A stretch of 64,000 nt of DNA from Novakomyces olei. Taxonomy: Eukaryota. The notes below the pieces were generated by a model. It saw nothing but the letters and a program-made list of their open reading frames with translations. It had not been told where the DNA came from and searched no databases. The DNA is taken from positions 1,364,001-1,428,000 of the forward strand of contig JADEYG010000003.1 in the NCBI GenBank assembly GCA_016906335.1, in the 5' to 3' direction. Shown in pieces: positions 1 to 9,061 of this stretch (position 1 is the stretch's first letter; every line of letters begins with the position of its first letter). The position numbers were made by a program, and so were the translations under genes.

Positions 1-490
1 CAATACCCTCGCGTTGCGAAAATCCCTTTGCAACCAGCCTTGCTCTATATCGTTCAACTTCTCCTTGATTATTGGCTTTCGCTTTAAAAACCCACCGGTT
101 TCCAATTATATCAGCTCCCTCTGGAGCATGTACCAATTTCCACGCATTGTTTTCCTTCATTGCATTTAATTCAGTCTCCATAGCCTCTTCCCATTCCCGA
201 GCGTGCAAACTGTTGCGCGCCTGCTTTGTATTGTTTGGCTCTATAATTTCATTTATTGCCACATGCGCTCTATCATAAATTCCTGGAGCATGACGAATTC
301 TGGTTGAGCGTCTGATTCCGTCGTTTGAAATGGTTGTTCCTAATTCTTGTGTATCATTCTGCTGCTGTGTTTCGTGATTGTCCTGATTTTCGTCCTCTAG
401 TATATCGTCATTAACATTAATTGAGTCAGTCGTGTCTTGAAAAAATTGCTCCGAGTCTTTTGACGTGCCATCTGATGAGGTGATACATTC
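1..490 (-). mobile_element. Copia-1 fragment (integrase-RT linker and start of RT), runs off the left edge
   Basis: Near-identical to 12987-13476 (Copia-1 pol, minus). Ends at CATTC (486-490), the reverse complement of the GAATG TSD at 10408-10412. Confidence 0.9.
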
Positions 491-532
491 TATACATCGG
501 AACAAAGTTTTGAAGATACTCTAGAAAATATG

Positions 533-850
533 TGTCATATCAATATGACATAATTCCGTTTTCATCGGAGATAATCCGTTCGATTGCGGATTATTTCCAA
601 TTCCGGAATTTTAGTTAGCCACTTTGTGGCTTAGACAGTCTTTTCCGTAGTTGTTTCTATTTTTAGTTATAGTTAGTTAGTTCCAGCAAGGATAAAAGGA
701 GGCCCGTTCGCACTTTTATCCGACGCTGATTATCGACCGTGTTGACCGTGTAAACCGTTTTAAGTACTATTACCTTCCATTTGGCTTCCCACCACAGTTG
801 CCGTGAAAGCAACACAGCCGTACCCAAACCAAACAAAGAAAAACACAACA
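533..850 (+). repeat. GyA1 5' LTR
   Basis: Direct repeat of 6499-6816 with one mismatch seen; TG...CA termini. Confidence 0.97.
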
Positions 851-888
851 GTATAATCAGCCCACGTTGTGGTGCCGAGCCGTTCGTC

Positions 889-1899
889 ATGGAAGGTGTC
901 GACATGAATCGTCTGAACCAATTTGTTGAGGAAACAACAGCGAAGTTACAGCTACTGGAGCATGAGAACATGATGCTGAAGGTCAAATTGGAAAACGATC
1001 AGGAGAGTCGACATGCGACGTTCAACCGGGAGCCCAAGTTAGCCCCGCCACCTTTGTTTTTTGGCGAGAGAGCTAAGGCTCGTGAATTTATCACCCAAGT
1101 GAAAATGATAACCGACGCACTACCCTCGAGATACGGATCGGACCGCCAGAAGGTCACGTTTGCAGCAACCTATTTGCGAGGAACCGCGTTCAGGTGGATT
1201 GAGCCTCACATCCTAGGGGAAAACGAAGGAATACTCAACGATTTTGAGACGTTTTGTGATTCATTCCTACAGATGTTTGGTGATCGAGATATTAGAAAGC
1301 AGGCGCAGAAGCAAATTCGCAATCTGAAGCAGTCTGGAGCTGTTGCTCAGTACGCAGCCGAGTTTGACAGACTCAGAGCGAACTTTAGCTGGAACGAAGA
1401 AGCGTTGATTTCGCAGTACTACGAGGGCCTTAGCGACAGGCTTAAGGACGAATTGGCAAGAACGACAGAGCCTAGTACCTTGCGAGAGATGATCGAGATG
1501 ACGATCAGTATTGATAATCGTCTATTTGAGAGACGTAAAGAGAGACAGAGAACAAGTTACGAACCGAGAACGTATTATGAGCCGAGATTTACGGGCAGAA
1601 GTAACCAGACGACTGCACCGATGGAAATTGATTTGGCGGTTGCCGGTGCCAGAGGAGCAGGCAGACCCGCAAGAGAGTACAAGACGAATGACAGAGAGCA
1701 CAAGACGAATTACAGAGACGCGAGAGACGCGAGAGAAAGAGAGAGAAGTCACGACAACAGAAACGTACAGTGTTATAATTGCCAGAAGAAAGGGCATATT
1801 GCAAAAGAGTGCAAAGAAAAGAGAATTCCGTTTGTAAGCCGTCAAGCTGCAATGACGACGAACGATTTGAGCGACGACTCGGGAAAAGATTTCGCCTAG
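889..1899 (+). CDS. gag: Gag (capsid plus CCHC zinc knuckle) of GyA1
   Basis: Retrotransposon gag motifs (FAATYLRGTAFRW, YYEGLSDRLKDEL, APMEID) and CYNCQKKGHIAKEC; first ATG after the PBS is at 889. Confidence 0.93.
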   Translation: MEGVDMNRLNQFVEETTAKLQLLEHENMMLKVKLENDQESRHATFNREPKLAPPPLFFGERAKAREFITQVKMITDALPSRYGSDRQKVTFAATYLRGTAFRWIEPHILGENEGILNDFETFCDSFLQMFGDRDIRKQAQKQIRNLKQSGAVAQYAAEFDRLRANFSWNEEALISQYYEGLSDRLKDELARTTEPSTLREMIEMTISIDNRLFERRKERQRTSYEPRTYYEPRFTGRSNQTTAPMEIDLAVAGARGAGRPAREYKTNDREHKTNYRDARDARERERSHDNRNVQCYNCQKKGHIAKECKEKRIPFVSRQAAMTTNDLSDDSGKDFA

Positions 1900-1921
1900 A
1901 GAAAGAAGTGGTTTCTCTAGG
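1881..1921 (+). promoter_or_regulatory. Putative -1 ribosomal frameshift signal (gag-pol) of GyA
   Basis: G GGA AAA heptamer (1881-1887) in the gag frame, 7-nt spacer, then a perfect 10-bp stem CCTAGAGAAA/TTTCTCTAGG; pol is in the -1 frame. Confidence 0.8.
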
Positions 1922-4900
1922 ACAAGCTGAATTAAAAGCCACTGAAAGACGACGAGATACTGGAGTGAGACATTTGGAGACGGACGTCCAAATAAATGGG
2001 CTTAGACGAAAAGCTTTAGTGGATTCAGGAGCGAACCTAAATTTCATACACCCGCGATTAATATTGAATTTGAATCTAAAGACAGAAAGACTTCAGAGAC
2101 CAATTGTGATACAGGTTGTCGATGGCCGAAGCCTGGCATCAGGACCCGTGGCGAGAACTACGAAGATTATGGACATGAAGATAGGAAATTGTGTTACACC
2201 TACGAGATTTTATGTGGCAGATATTGGCCAGAGAGACATCATTTTGGGTATTCAATGGTTGCAAGAGAACAATCCCATTATTGATTGGAAGAATCGTACA
2301 TTATCATTTGAAGTACAGAATACAGAGCAAGATTATGCAGACGCAACTTGCACGCAGACGAGCGGATTAAAGGCAAGTTTTGCGGATGAAACACAAGTGC
2401 CGCAAGAGAGCGGATTTTTTCCCGAAAAACCGGAAAGCGATAACGTTGGAAAAATCCCCCAAATTCCTACAGAATATGAAGACTATCGTGATGTATTCGA
2501 TGAGAGACGAGCAGACGTATTGCCACCGCATCGAAGCTATGATCATGAAATAATATTGGAAAAGGGATCGAAGGTACCTTTTGGACCTATCTACAACATA
2601 TCTGCAGACGAGCAGAGAGAGTTGCTCAAGTATATTGAGGAAAACTTGTATAAGAAATTCATCAGAAAATCGAAGTCACCAGCAGGAGCACCCATATTGT
2701 TTGTGAAAAAGAAGGACGGGAGCTTACGACTCTGCGTGGACTACAGAGCACTAAATGCGATTACAGTCAAGAATCGATATCCTATTCCGAGAATTGATGG
2801 ACTCATCGATAAGTTAAGTGGAAGTCGTATATTTACTAAGATCGATTTGAAAGGCGCTTACAATCTGATACGTATTCGAAATGGCGACGAGTGGAAAACC
2901 GCATTTCGTACAAGATACGGACATTTTGAATACAGAGTGATGCCTTTTGGACTCACTAATGCGCCAGCAACTTTCCAAAACCTTATGAATGACGTATTCC
3001 GAGATATCCTGGATAGATATGTCTTAGTCTATCTGGATGACATCCTCATTTACTCGAGAAATAAAGAGGAACATATACAGCATGCCAGAGAAGTGTTTAA
3101 GCGAGTACGAGCAAGACAGCTGTTCGCAAAGGCAAGCAAATGTGAATTTCACAAGACAAAAGTGGAATTTCTAGGATTTATTATATCGACAGAAGGAGTT
3201 TCGATGAGCTCGGACAAGACCAAGCCTATTAATGACTGGCCCACACCAAAGAACGTCAAGGACGTACAGTCGTTTCTTGGACTATGCAATTATTACAGAA
3301 GATTCATTCCTGGATTTTCAAAGATTGTGACACCAATAACAAGTCTATTAAAGAAGGATAATACATTTAGCTGGGGAGCAGACCAAGAGAAGGCTTTTGA
3401 ACAATTGAAAGACAGCTTTCGAAGAGACGTTACGTTAAAGCATTACGATCCAGAACTCGAGTGCATTGTCGAAACAGATGCCTCAGATTTCGCTATAGGA
3501 GCCGTACTGTTACAAGAACAAGGAGGCGAAAAGAGACCGATTGCTTTTATAAGCAGAAAGCTTGAACCAGCCGAGATCAATTATGATATACACGATAAAG
3601 AGTTACTTGCGATTGTCTATGCATTCGGAATATGGAGACACTATTTGCAAGGACATCCAAAGCCAATTATTGTATATACTGATCATCGGAACTTGCAGAC
3701 GTTTACTACGACAAAGAAACTATCGAGGAGACAAGCACGTTGGTCGGAACTATTAGGAGAATATGAATTTAAGATTCGATACAGAAAAGGATCAGGAAAC
3801 GCAGCAGCAGACGCGTTGAGCAGAAGAGTTGATTTTAATAATGTTGACTTGAAGGAATACTAAATTGATAAGCCGTTGATCGATCCAGCAAGATTTGATC
3901 TAAGTATGACAACAGTCGAACATATAGATACGGACGAGAAGCTGGAAATATTGCGAGCATGCCATGATCACCCATTAGCAGGACATTTTGGACAACATCG
4001 AACGTTAGAACTAGTACAGCGTTTTAAGAAGTGGAAAAATATGTCGTAGGATGTTAGGGATTACGTAGCATCATGTGCGACGTGCTGGAGAAGCAAGAAA
4101 TCGAGGAAGAAACCTGCAGGATTATTAAACCCGCTACAAGTACCGTCAAGACCATGGGAATCTGTTTCAATGGATTTTATCGTTAAACTTCCCGAATCCG
4201 AAGGTTTTGATTCAATACTAGTGGTTGTTGACAGATTTTCTAAAATGTGTCATTTAATCCCTTGCAAAGAATCATCCACAGCAACGGATGTAGCGAGACT
4301 ATACATTGACAAGGTATTTAAACACCACGGACTACCAAATGAAATCGTATCAGACAGAGATCCAAAGTTTTTGAGCAAATTTTGGCAAGGCATGTACCAG
4401 AACCTTGGAGTTAAGCTATTGCATTCGACGAGTCACCACCCACAAACAGATGGACAGACTGAGAGAACCAATCAAACACTCGAGCAATACTTAAGAGCCT
4501 ATGTCAATTACAACCAAAACAATTGGAGCAAGCTATTGTCTTTTGCGGAATTCGCAATGAACAATGCAACAAACAGCAGTACAAGACTATCACCGTTTTA
4601 CATTTGCAACGGTTATCATCCAAAGGGAATACAGATCACAACTTCCCAGAGTGACAATCCAGCAGCAAATCAAACTACACGAGACTGGAACGAATTATTT
4701 GAACGAGTCAAAAGCAACATTCAATCTGCAAATAAAGTATCAAAGCTACATTATGACAAAAAGAAAACAGCAGCAAATACATTTGTGCCTGGAGACAACG
4801 TGTGGATCCAGAGAAGACACATACACAGCGAGCGACCATCGGATAAACTAGATCATACAAGACTGGGACCTTTCAAAATTATTGAGGCTATAGGAAATAG

Positions 4901-5207
4901 CGCTTACAGGATTGAGCTTCCCCAACATATCAAAATACACAACGTATTTAATGAAACTTTACTGGAAAAATGTTTACCAGACCGATTTCAGAGAGACCCA
5001 ACAGATGTACACGTTCCCGATGTTCTAGTGGACACGACTGAATACGAAGTCGATTACATTTGCAATCATACAGGCAGAGGCCGAAACCGCAAATATTTAG
5101 TGCATTGGAAAGGTTATGGAGTACAAGACCGTACATGGGAACCTTTTGGAAACCTGACAAATGCAACAGAGGCAGTTAAAGCATACTGGAATAACCAAAA
5201 ACATTGA
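1881..5207 (+). pseudogene. pol: GyA1 pol (PR-RT-RNaseH-IN-chromodomain) with two in-frame stops
   Basis: LVDSGA, YLDD, TDASD, integrase core (SDRD, QTERTN) and chromodomain EYEVDYI...YLVHWKGY...TWEP. In-frame TAA at 3861-3863 and TAG at ~4047-4049. Confidence 0.92.
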
Positions 5208-5458
5208 ATCCGCAATATCAACACATAATCCGCTAAGATACGGATCAGATATATCTATATTATTGCTTTTATTGTTATTCTATGCTACGACTATTACTTA
5301 ATAAAATAATTAAGTATATACTATTATTATCATTATTATTTTTATGGAACGTCAAAGAATTATTACTTGTCGAAGTCAAGTATAACGAAGTCTATATATA
5401 TGTGGGCTACCCCCACCAAATCCGCAACTTAGACATCAAATCCGCAAATTTACGGACA

Positions 5459-6514
5459 ATGAACAATAACGTTCTTGAAGAGGGGAGGCAGCGCAAGCGA
5501 TACGCGCTGGACAGCGGTAAGTTCCAATGTGTTGTGTGCACTCGACAGTACACCCGAAAGCACGACCGCGACCGTCACATGGAGATGCACGACCCTGATC
5601 TGGTTGGCTGGGCCGAAGAGTGGTTTAAGGAGGAAGACCGACCGAACAAACAGTTGGCGAGAGACATTTTTACTCTGCTCGCATCGGTTGATTTCGAAAA
5701 GCTCAAGCCCCATAGCGAAAGGTTTGTTTTCGATTGCAAGCCAACATGGGCACATGTCTTCGAGGACCTTTTGGAGGATGAGACAGCTTTGTTTATGGAC
5801 ATACGGGTTCGCGTGCATGATGACGAAATACGAATCGCCCAGGTCCTCGCATCATTCGTCCAGCCGGGGACTACGAGATACGCAGCCTACAATTTGAGGC
5901 CGATCAGCGAATACGGTTTATCGTCAGTGGGCCTTCGCGCGCAAGGATTGTTGAAGGAAAGTTATTTGAATGAACTTGGATGGAACGGGACTGCCACACC
6001 GTCGGGCACAATCACGGACGTTCACGTGGATCCGGTTCTGTGCGAAACCGTCATTGTGGGAATTCTTGGGAGAAAGCTGGTCTTTACGTGGGCCAATTCA
6101 GAGGCCAATTTACAGAAGTTGGAGCCCTATCATCGCAGGCCAGGAGACTTTATATTACCTGAAGCTCTTCGCAGCCTCGAAGGGTTAAAGATTGGAGTAC
6201 TAGAGCCGGGAGTTATTTTTCGATTAAGGTCTGGGACACCACATGCGGTGATGTCTTTTGAGAAAGCAGTCTTGATGGGTTACTATATTGCTAGCGAAGA
6301 CCAGGCTTTATACCGAGTGGCAAAGTGGGAATCGTCGTGGGCTAGTACACAGTTCCCAACTATTCGAGACGAGGTAAAGGAAGATCACGAACGTTGCTTG
6401 ATGGCATATCGTGATTGGGCAGGAGAAGACAGCAGGAGACAAGGCTGGTACAAAAAGGCACAGGCGGCAGTGTCTACGTTTTTGGAAGAGGAGGATAGTG
6501 TCATATCAATATGA
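5459..6514 (+). CDS. ORF3: C2H2 zinc finger plus JmjC-like 2OG/Fe(II) dioxygenase (putative histone demethylase-like)
   Basis: RQRKR basic patch; FQCVVCTRQYTRKHDRDRHMEMH; GTITDVHVD (H 6023, D 6029) ... GRKLVFTW ... LEPG...GTPHAV (H 6242). Start put at ATG 5459 by alignment with the GyC and GyE homologs; the ORF track start at 5282 adds an AT-rich extension. Confidence 0.85.
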   Translation: MNNNVLEEGRQRKRYALDSGKFQCVVCTRQYTRKHDRDRHMEMHDPDLVGWAEEWFKEEDRPNKQLARDIFTLLASVDFEKLKPHSERFVFDCKPTWAHVFEDLLEDETALFMDIRVRVHDDEIRIAQVLASFVQPGTTRYAAYNLRPISEYGLSSVGLRAQGLLKESYLNELGWNGTATPSGTITDVHVDPVLCETVIVGILGRKLVFTWANSEANLQKLEPYHRRPGDFILPEALRSLEGLKIGVLEPGVIFRLRSGTPHAVMSFEKAVLMGYYIASEDQALYRVAKWESSWASTQFPTIRDEVKEDHERCLMAYRDWAGEDSRRQGWYKKAQAAVSTFLEEEDSVISI

Positions 6515-6816
6515 CATAATTCCGTTTTTATCGGAGATAATCCGTTCGATTGCGGATTATTTCCAATTCCGGAATTTTAGTTAGCCACTTTGTGGCTTAG
6601 ACAGTCTTTTCCGTAGTTGTTTCTATTTTTAGTTATAGTTAGTTAGTTCCAGCAAGGATAAAAGGAGGCCCGTTCGCACTTTTATCCGACGCTGATTATC
6701 GACCGTGTTGACCGTGTAAACCGTTTTAAGTACTATTACCTTCCATTTGGCTTCCCACCACAGTTGCCGTGAAAGCAACACAGCCGTACCCAAACCAAAC
6801 AAAGAAAAACACAACA
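6499..6816 (+). repeat. GyA1 3' LTR
   Basis: Direct repeat of 533-850, preceded by the PPT. Confidence 0.97.
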
Positions 6817-7791
6817 ATATGAGTCCAAAAATTAATGACAATTCTGAATTATCCGAATTGCAAACGGAGGAGCTTGGAACTAAATGGACCGACGATGGTA
6901 AAAGACGCTCAACCCGAATACGTAGTTTGCCAGGACCATACGATCATGCGCATATTAGTATTGACAGTATAATTGAGCCTACCAATACGAAACAAGCTAG
7001 AGAAAGCGTGCAAGCATCAGAATGGGAATTAGCGATGAAGACAGAATTGGACGCAATAAAAGAAAATGACGCTTGGGTACTAGTGAACGCGCCAGAGGGA
7101 GCTAATGTCATTGGAAATCGATGGGTCTTTAAAGCTAAAGCAAATGTTGATGGGGAAGTTGGACGTTACCGAGCACGATTGGTTGCAAAGGGATTTGGTC
7201 AGCGTGAGGGAGTAGATTATCAAGCGACATACGCCCCGACCATGTCCTTAGAATCATTTCGCACTTTACTGGCTTATGGAGCAATGCAAAAATGGAATAT
7301 TCATCAGATGGATGTTACAACTGCATTCTTAAACGGCGAATTAGAAGAATGCGTTTATATGAAACAACCAGAAGGATTCGACGACGGAACAGGAAAAGTA
7401 TGCAAATTGAAAAGATCGCTCTACGGTTTAAAACAGGCCCCTAGATGTTGGTACAAAAAGCTTTTCACAGTGTTAATGGAAATTGGATTTATGGAATCGA
7501 AGGTCGAAGACTGTATACTATACAGCTCCCAAGGTAATTTATTTTTGCTTATTTATGTTGATGACATTATTATTATGGGCGAGAATTTAAATGAAATGAA
7601 ACGAACAAAGGAAAATTACAAAGAGCATTTAAGGTCAAAGATTTGGGTGAGATTCATCAATTTCTTGGGATGGAATTTTGTTATGATCAGAAAATTGGAA
7701 ATTTGAAAATAAGTCAGAAGGTATAGGAATATGTCAAGCTTGGACGTCACAGAAAAAGAACAGGAAGGCTGGCTACAGAAAAGAGGAGGAA

Positions 7792-7961
7792 TGGCTGGAG
7801 TGGCTGGAGTGGCTGGAGTGGCTGGAGTGGCTGGAGTGGCTGGAGTGGCTGGAGTGGCTGGAGTGGCTGGAGTGGCTGGAGTGGCTGGAGTGGCTGGAGT
7901 GGCTGGAGTGGCTGGAGTGGCTGGAGTGGCTGGAGTGGCTGGAGTGGCTGGAGTGGCTGGA
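7792..7961 (+). repeat. 9-bp minisatellite (TGGCTGGAG)n inside the Copia-1 LTR, about 19 units
   Basis: Perfect tandem array; other Copia-1 LTRs carry 7, 7, 7 and 5 units, and LTR lengths differ by multiples of 9 (388/280/262 bp). Confidence 0.97.
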
Positions 7962-8134
7962 ACTGAGTACAAAGAGGCTTGCGCTACCAAAGTGTAACTC
8001 GGTGGCTGGAACCAAAGAAACTATATAGTACAGCGTCAGTAGACTTAGAAAAGTAGCTAAAAGGAGATACAACACTATTCTCTACAACAAGCCAAATTAA
8101 ATTTCTTCAGATTAAGAGTCTGAGTTCAGTCAAT

Positions 8135-9061
8135 ATGAGCAAACTCGGGATATCACTCAAGCTCCACGGGCAGGCAGACCTGCCGTACCTCGCAATTCCG
8201 CGATTGGGGAATTTAATCGAGTTTCCCCAATGGAAACAGAAATTGTCGGAGGTGTTGACCACGTACGGGCTTCAGCACGTCATGCCCGATTACAAGGGAG
8301 AAAAAGCTGCGACCGAGGATGTGGCTTACCAGTCAACGATGGCCATACTTCTGCTTACACTAAAGGAAGCTATCTCTGTGCCAGTACTTGACGACCTGTG
8401 CCAAAAGGCGCCAAATCCGGAAATTCTGTTGGCAAATGTCAGCAACGCATTTCAGGAACGAAAATACCGCCTTTTAGTCCAAGTCAGTAGCGAGCTGTAT
8501 GGACTAAAAGCACAGAGCTTGGGGGAGGTGGCAGGACTCCACACAAAATTTAATAGTCTGGTGACCAGCTTGGGAGAGCTGCGAAACGACCTTTGTCAAG
8601 AGGAAGTTCTCCAAATTTATCTCAACATGATACGAAATTGCAACTCTTTGAATTCGGAAATTCGTGTTTGGGAACGAGCAAAAAATGTCCTTCTGAAGGA
8701 TATACAAGAAATTGTCGTTGAAGCTACGCAAAGCCACGGCGAAAGCGCCGAAACTGCGCTGACAACGTTCCGCGCCTCTACTTGTCATTACTGCAAAAAA
8801 GGAGGCCATACAGAGGAACGCTGCAGACTTAAAAATAATACTTGTTTTGTCTGTGGAGCAAAGGGCCATTTTAAAAATAATTGTCCTAAAGCAACAAACC
8901 AGATGAATAGTAATAAACTCGGTGAACAATTTTATCAGGATGCCTTTATTAATGCCATTACACCAAACACCATTAATAAAAATTGGATTCTCGATTGTGG
9001 TGCGTCGCAACACATGACTTATAATAAAACCGGCTTAACCAATTTTAAAAAAATACAATAG
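8135..9061 (+). CDS. gag: Copia-1 Gag (two CCHC knuckles) plus N-terminal part of protease
   Basis: CHYCKKGGHTEERC, CFVCGAKGHFKNNC, WILDCGASQHMT. Confidence 0.9.
   Translation: MSKLGISLKLHGQADLPYLAIPRLGNLIEFPQWKQKLSEVLTTYGLQHVMPDYKGEKAATEDVAYQSTMAILLLTLKEAISVPVLDDLCQKAPNPEILLANVSNAFQERKYRLLVQVSSELYGLKAQSLGEVAGLHTKFNSLVTSLGELRNDLCQEEVLQIYLNMIRNCNSLNSEIRVWERAKNVLLKDIQEIVVEATQSHGESAETALTTFRASTCHYCKKGGHTEERCRLKNNTCFVCGAKGHFKNNCPKATNQMNSNKLGEQFYQDAFINAITPNTINKNWILDCGASQHMTYNKTGLTNFKKIQ

Larger units (their letters stand above)
533..6816 (+). mobile_element. Ty3/Gypsy chromovirus GyA copy 1 (LTR-gag-pol-ORF3-LTR)
   Basis: 318-bp LTRs 533-850 and 6499-6816 (TG...CA); TSD ATATG at 528-532 and 6817-6821; PPT GAAGAGGAGGATAG before the 3' LTR. 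Confidence 0.97.
491..7721 (+). mobile_element. Internally deleted Copia-2 copy (5' part), interrupted by GyA1
   Basis: TATA (491-494; first 4 nt of the Copia-2 LTR) is fused to CATCGGAAC..., which matches ~25992 of the full-length copy. Sequence resumes at 6817 with RT motifs (GNRWVF, QMDVTTAFLNG, YVDD) up to GAAGG at 7717-7721. Confidence 0.85.

Noticed and set aside
781-888. Gag starting at 781 (and ORFs 6747-7706, 36647-37447, 44231-44428, 56304-56624 as genes)
   Set aside because: Non-ATG starts inside LTRs or chimeric frames across insertion junctions.
3861-4049. Alternative genetic code (TAA/TAG = Gln)
   Set aside because: ORFs of 979-1460 aa are open in the standard code, and gag/pol genes end at TAA/TAG at homologous positions.
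5282-5458. Hydrophobic N-terminal extension of ORF3 suggesting an env-like or membrane protein
   Set aside because: It comes from AT-rich low-complexity spacer, is not conserved in the GyC or GyE homologs, and the rest of the protein is zinc finger/JmjC-like rather than a fusion glycoprotein.
7792-7961. CRISPR array, Chi-site array or telomeric repeat
   Set aside because: No spacers; the unit differs from GCTGGTGG; it is always internal to the Copia-1 LTR in a eukaryotic context.
7616-8075. (ATP)n, (SSH)n, (VAG)n and (LEW)n repeat proteins in the ORF track
   Set aside because: Stop-free frames of the 9-bp LTR minisatellite, not independent genes.
8504-9013. Antisense ORFs overlapping gag and pol throughout the window
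   Set aside because: No recognisable motifs; expected shadow ORFs of real coding sequence.
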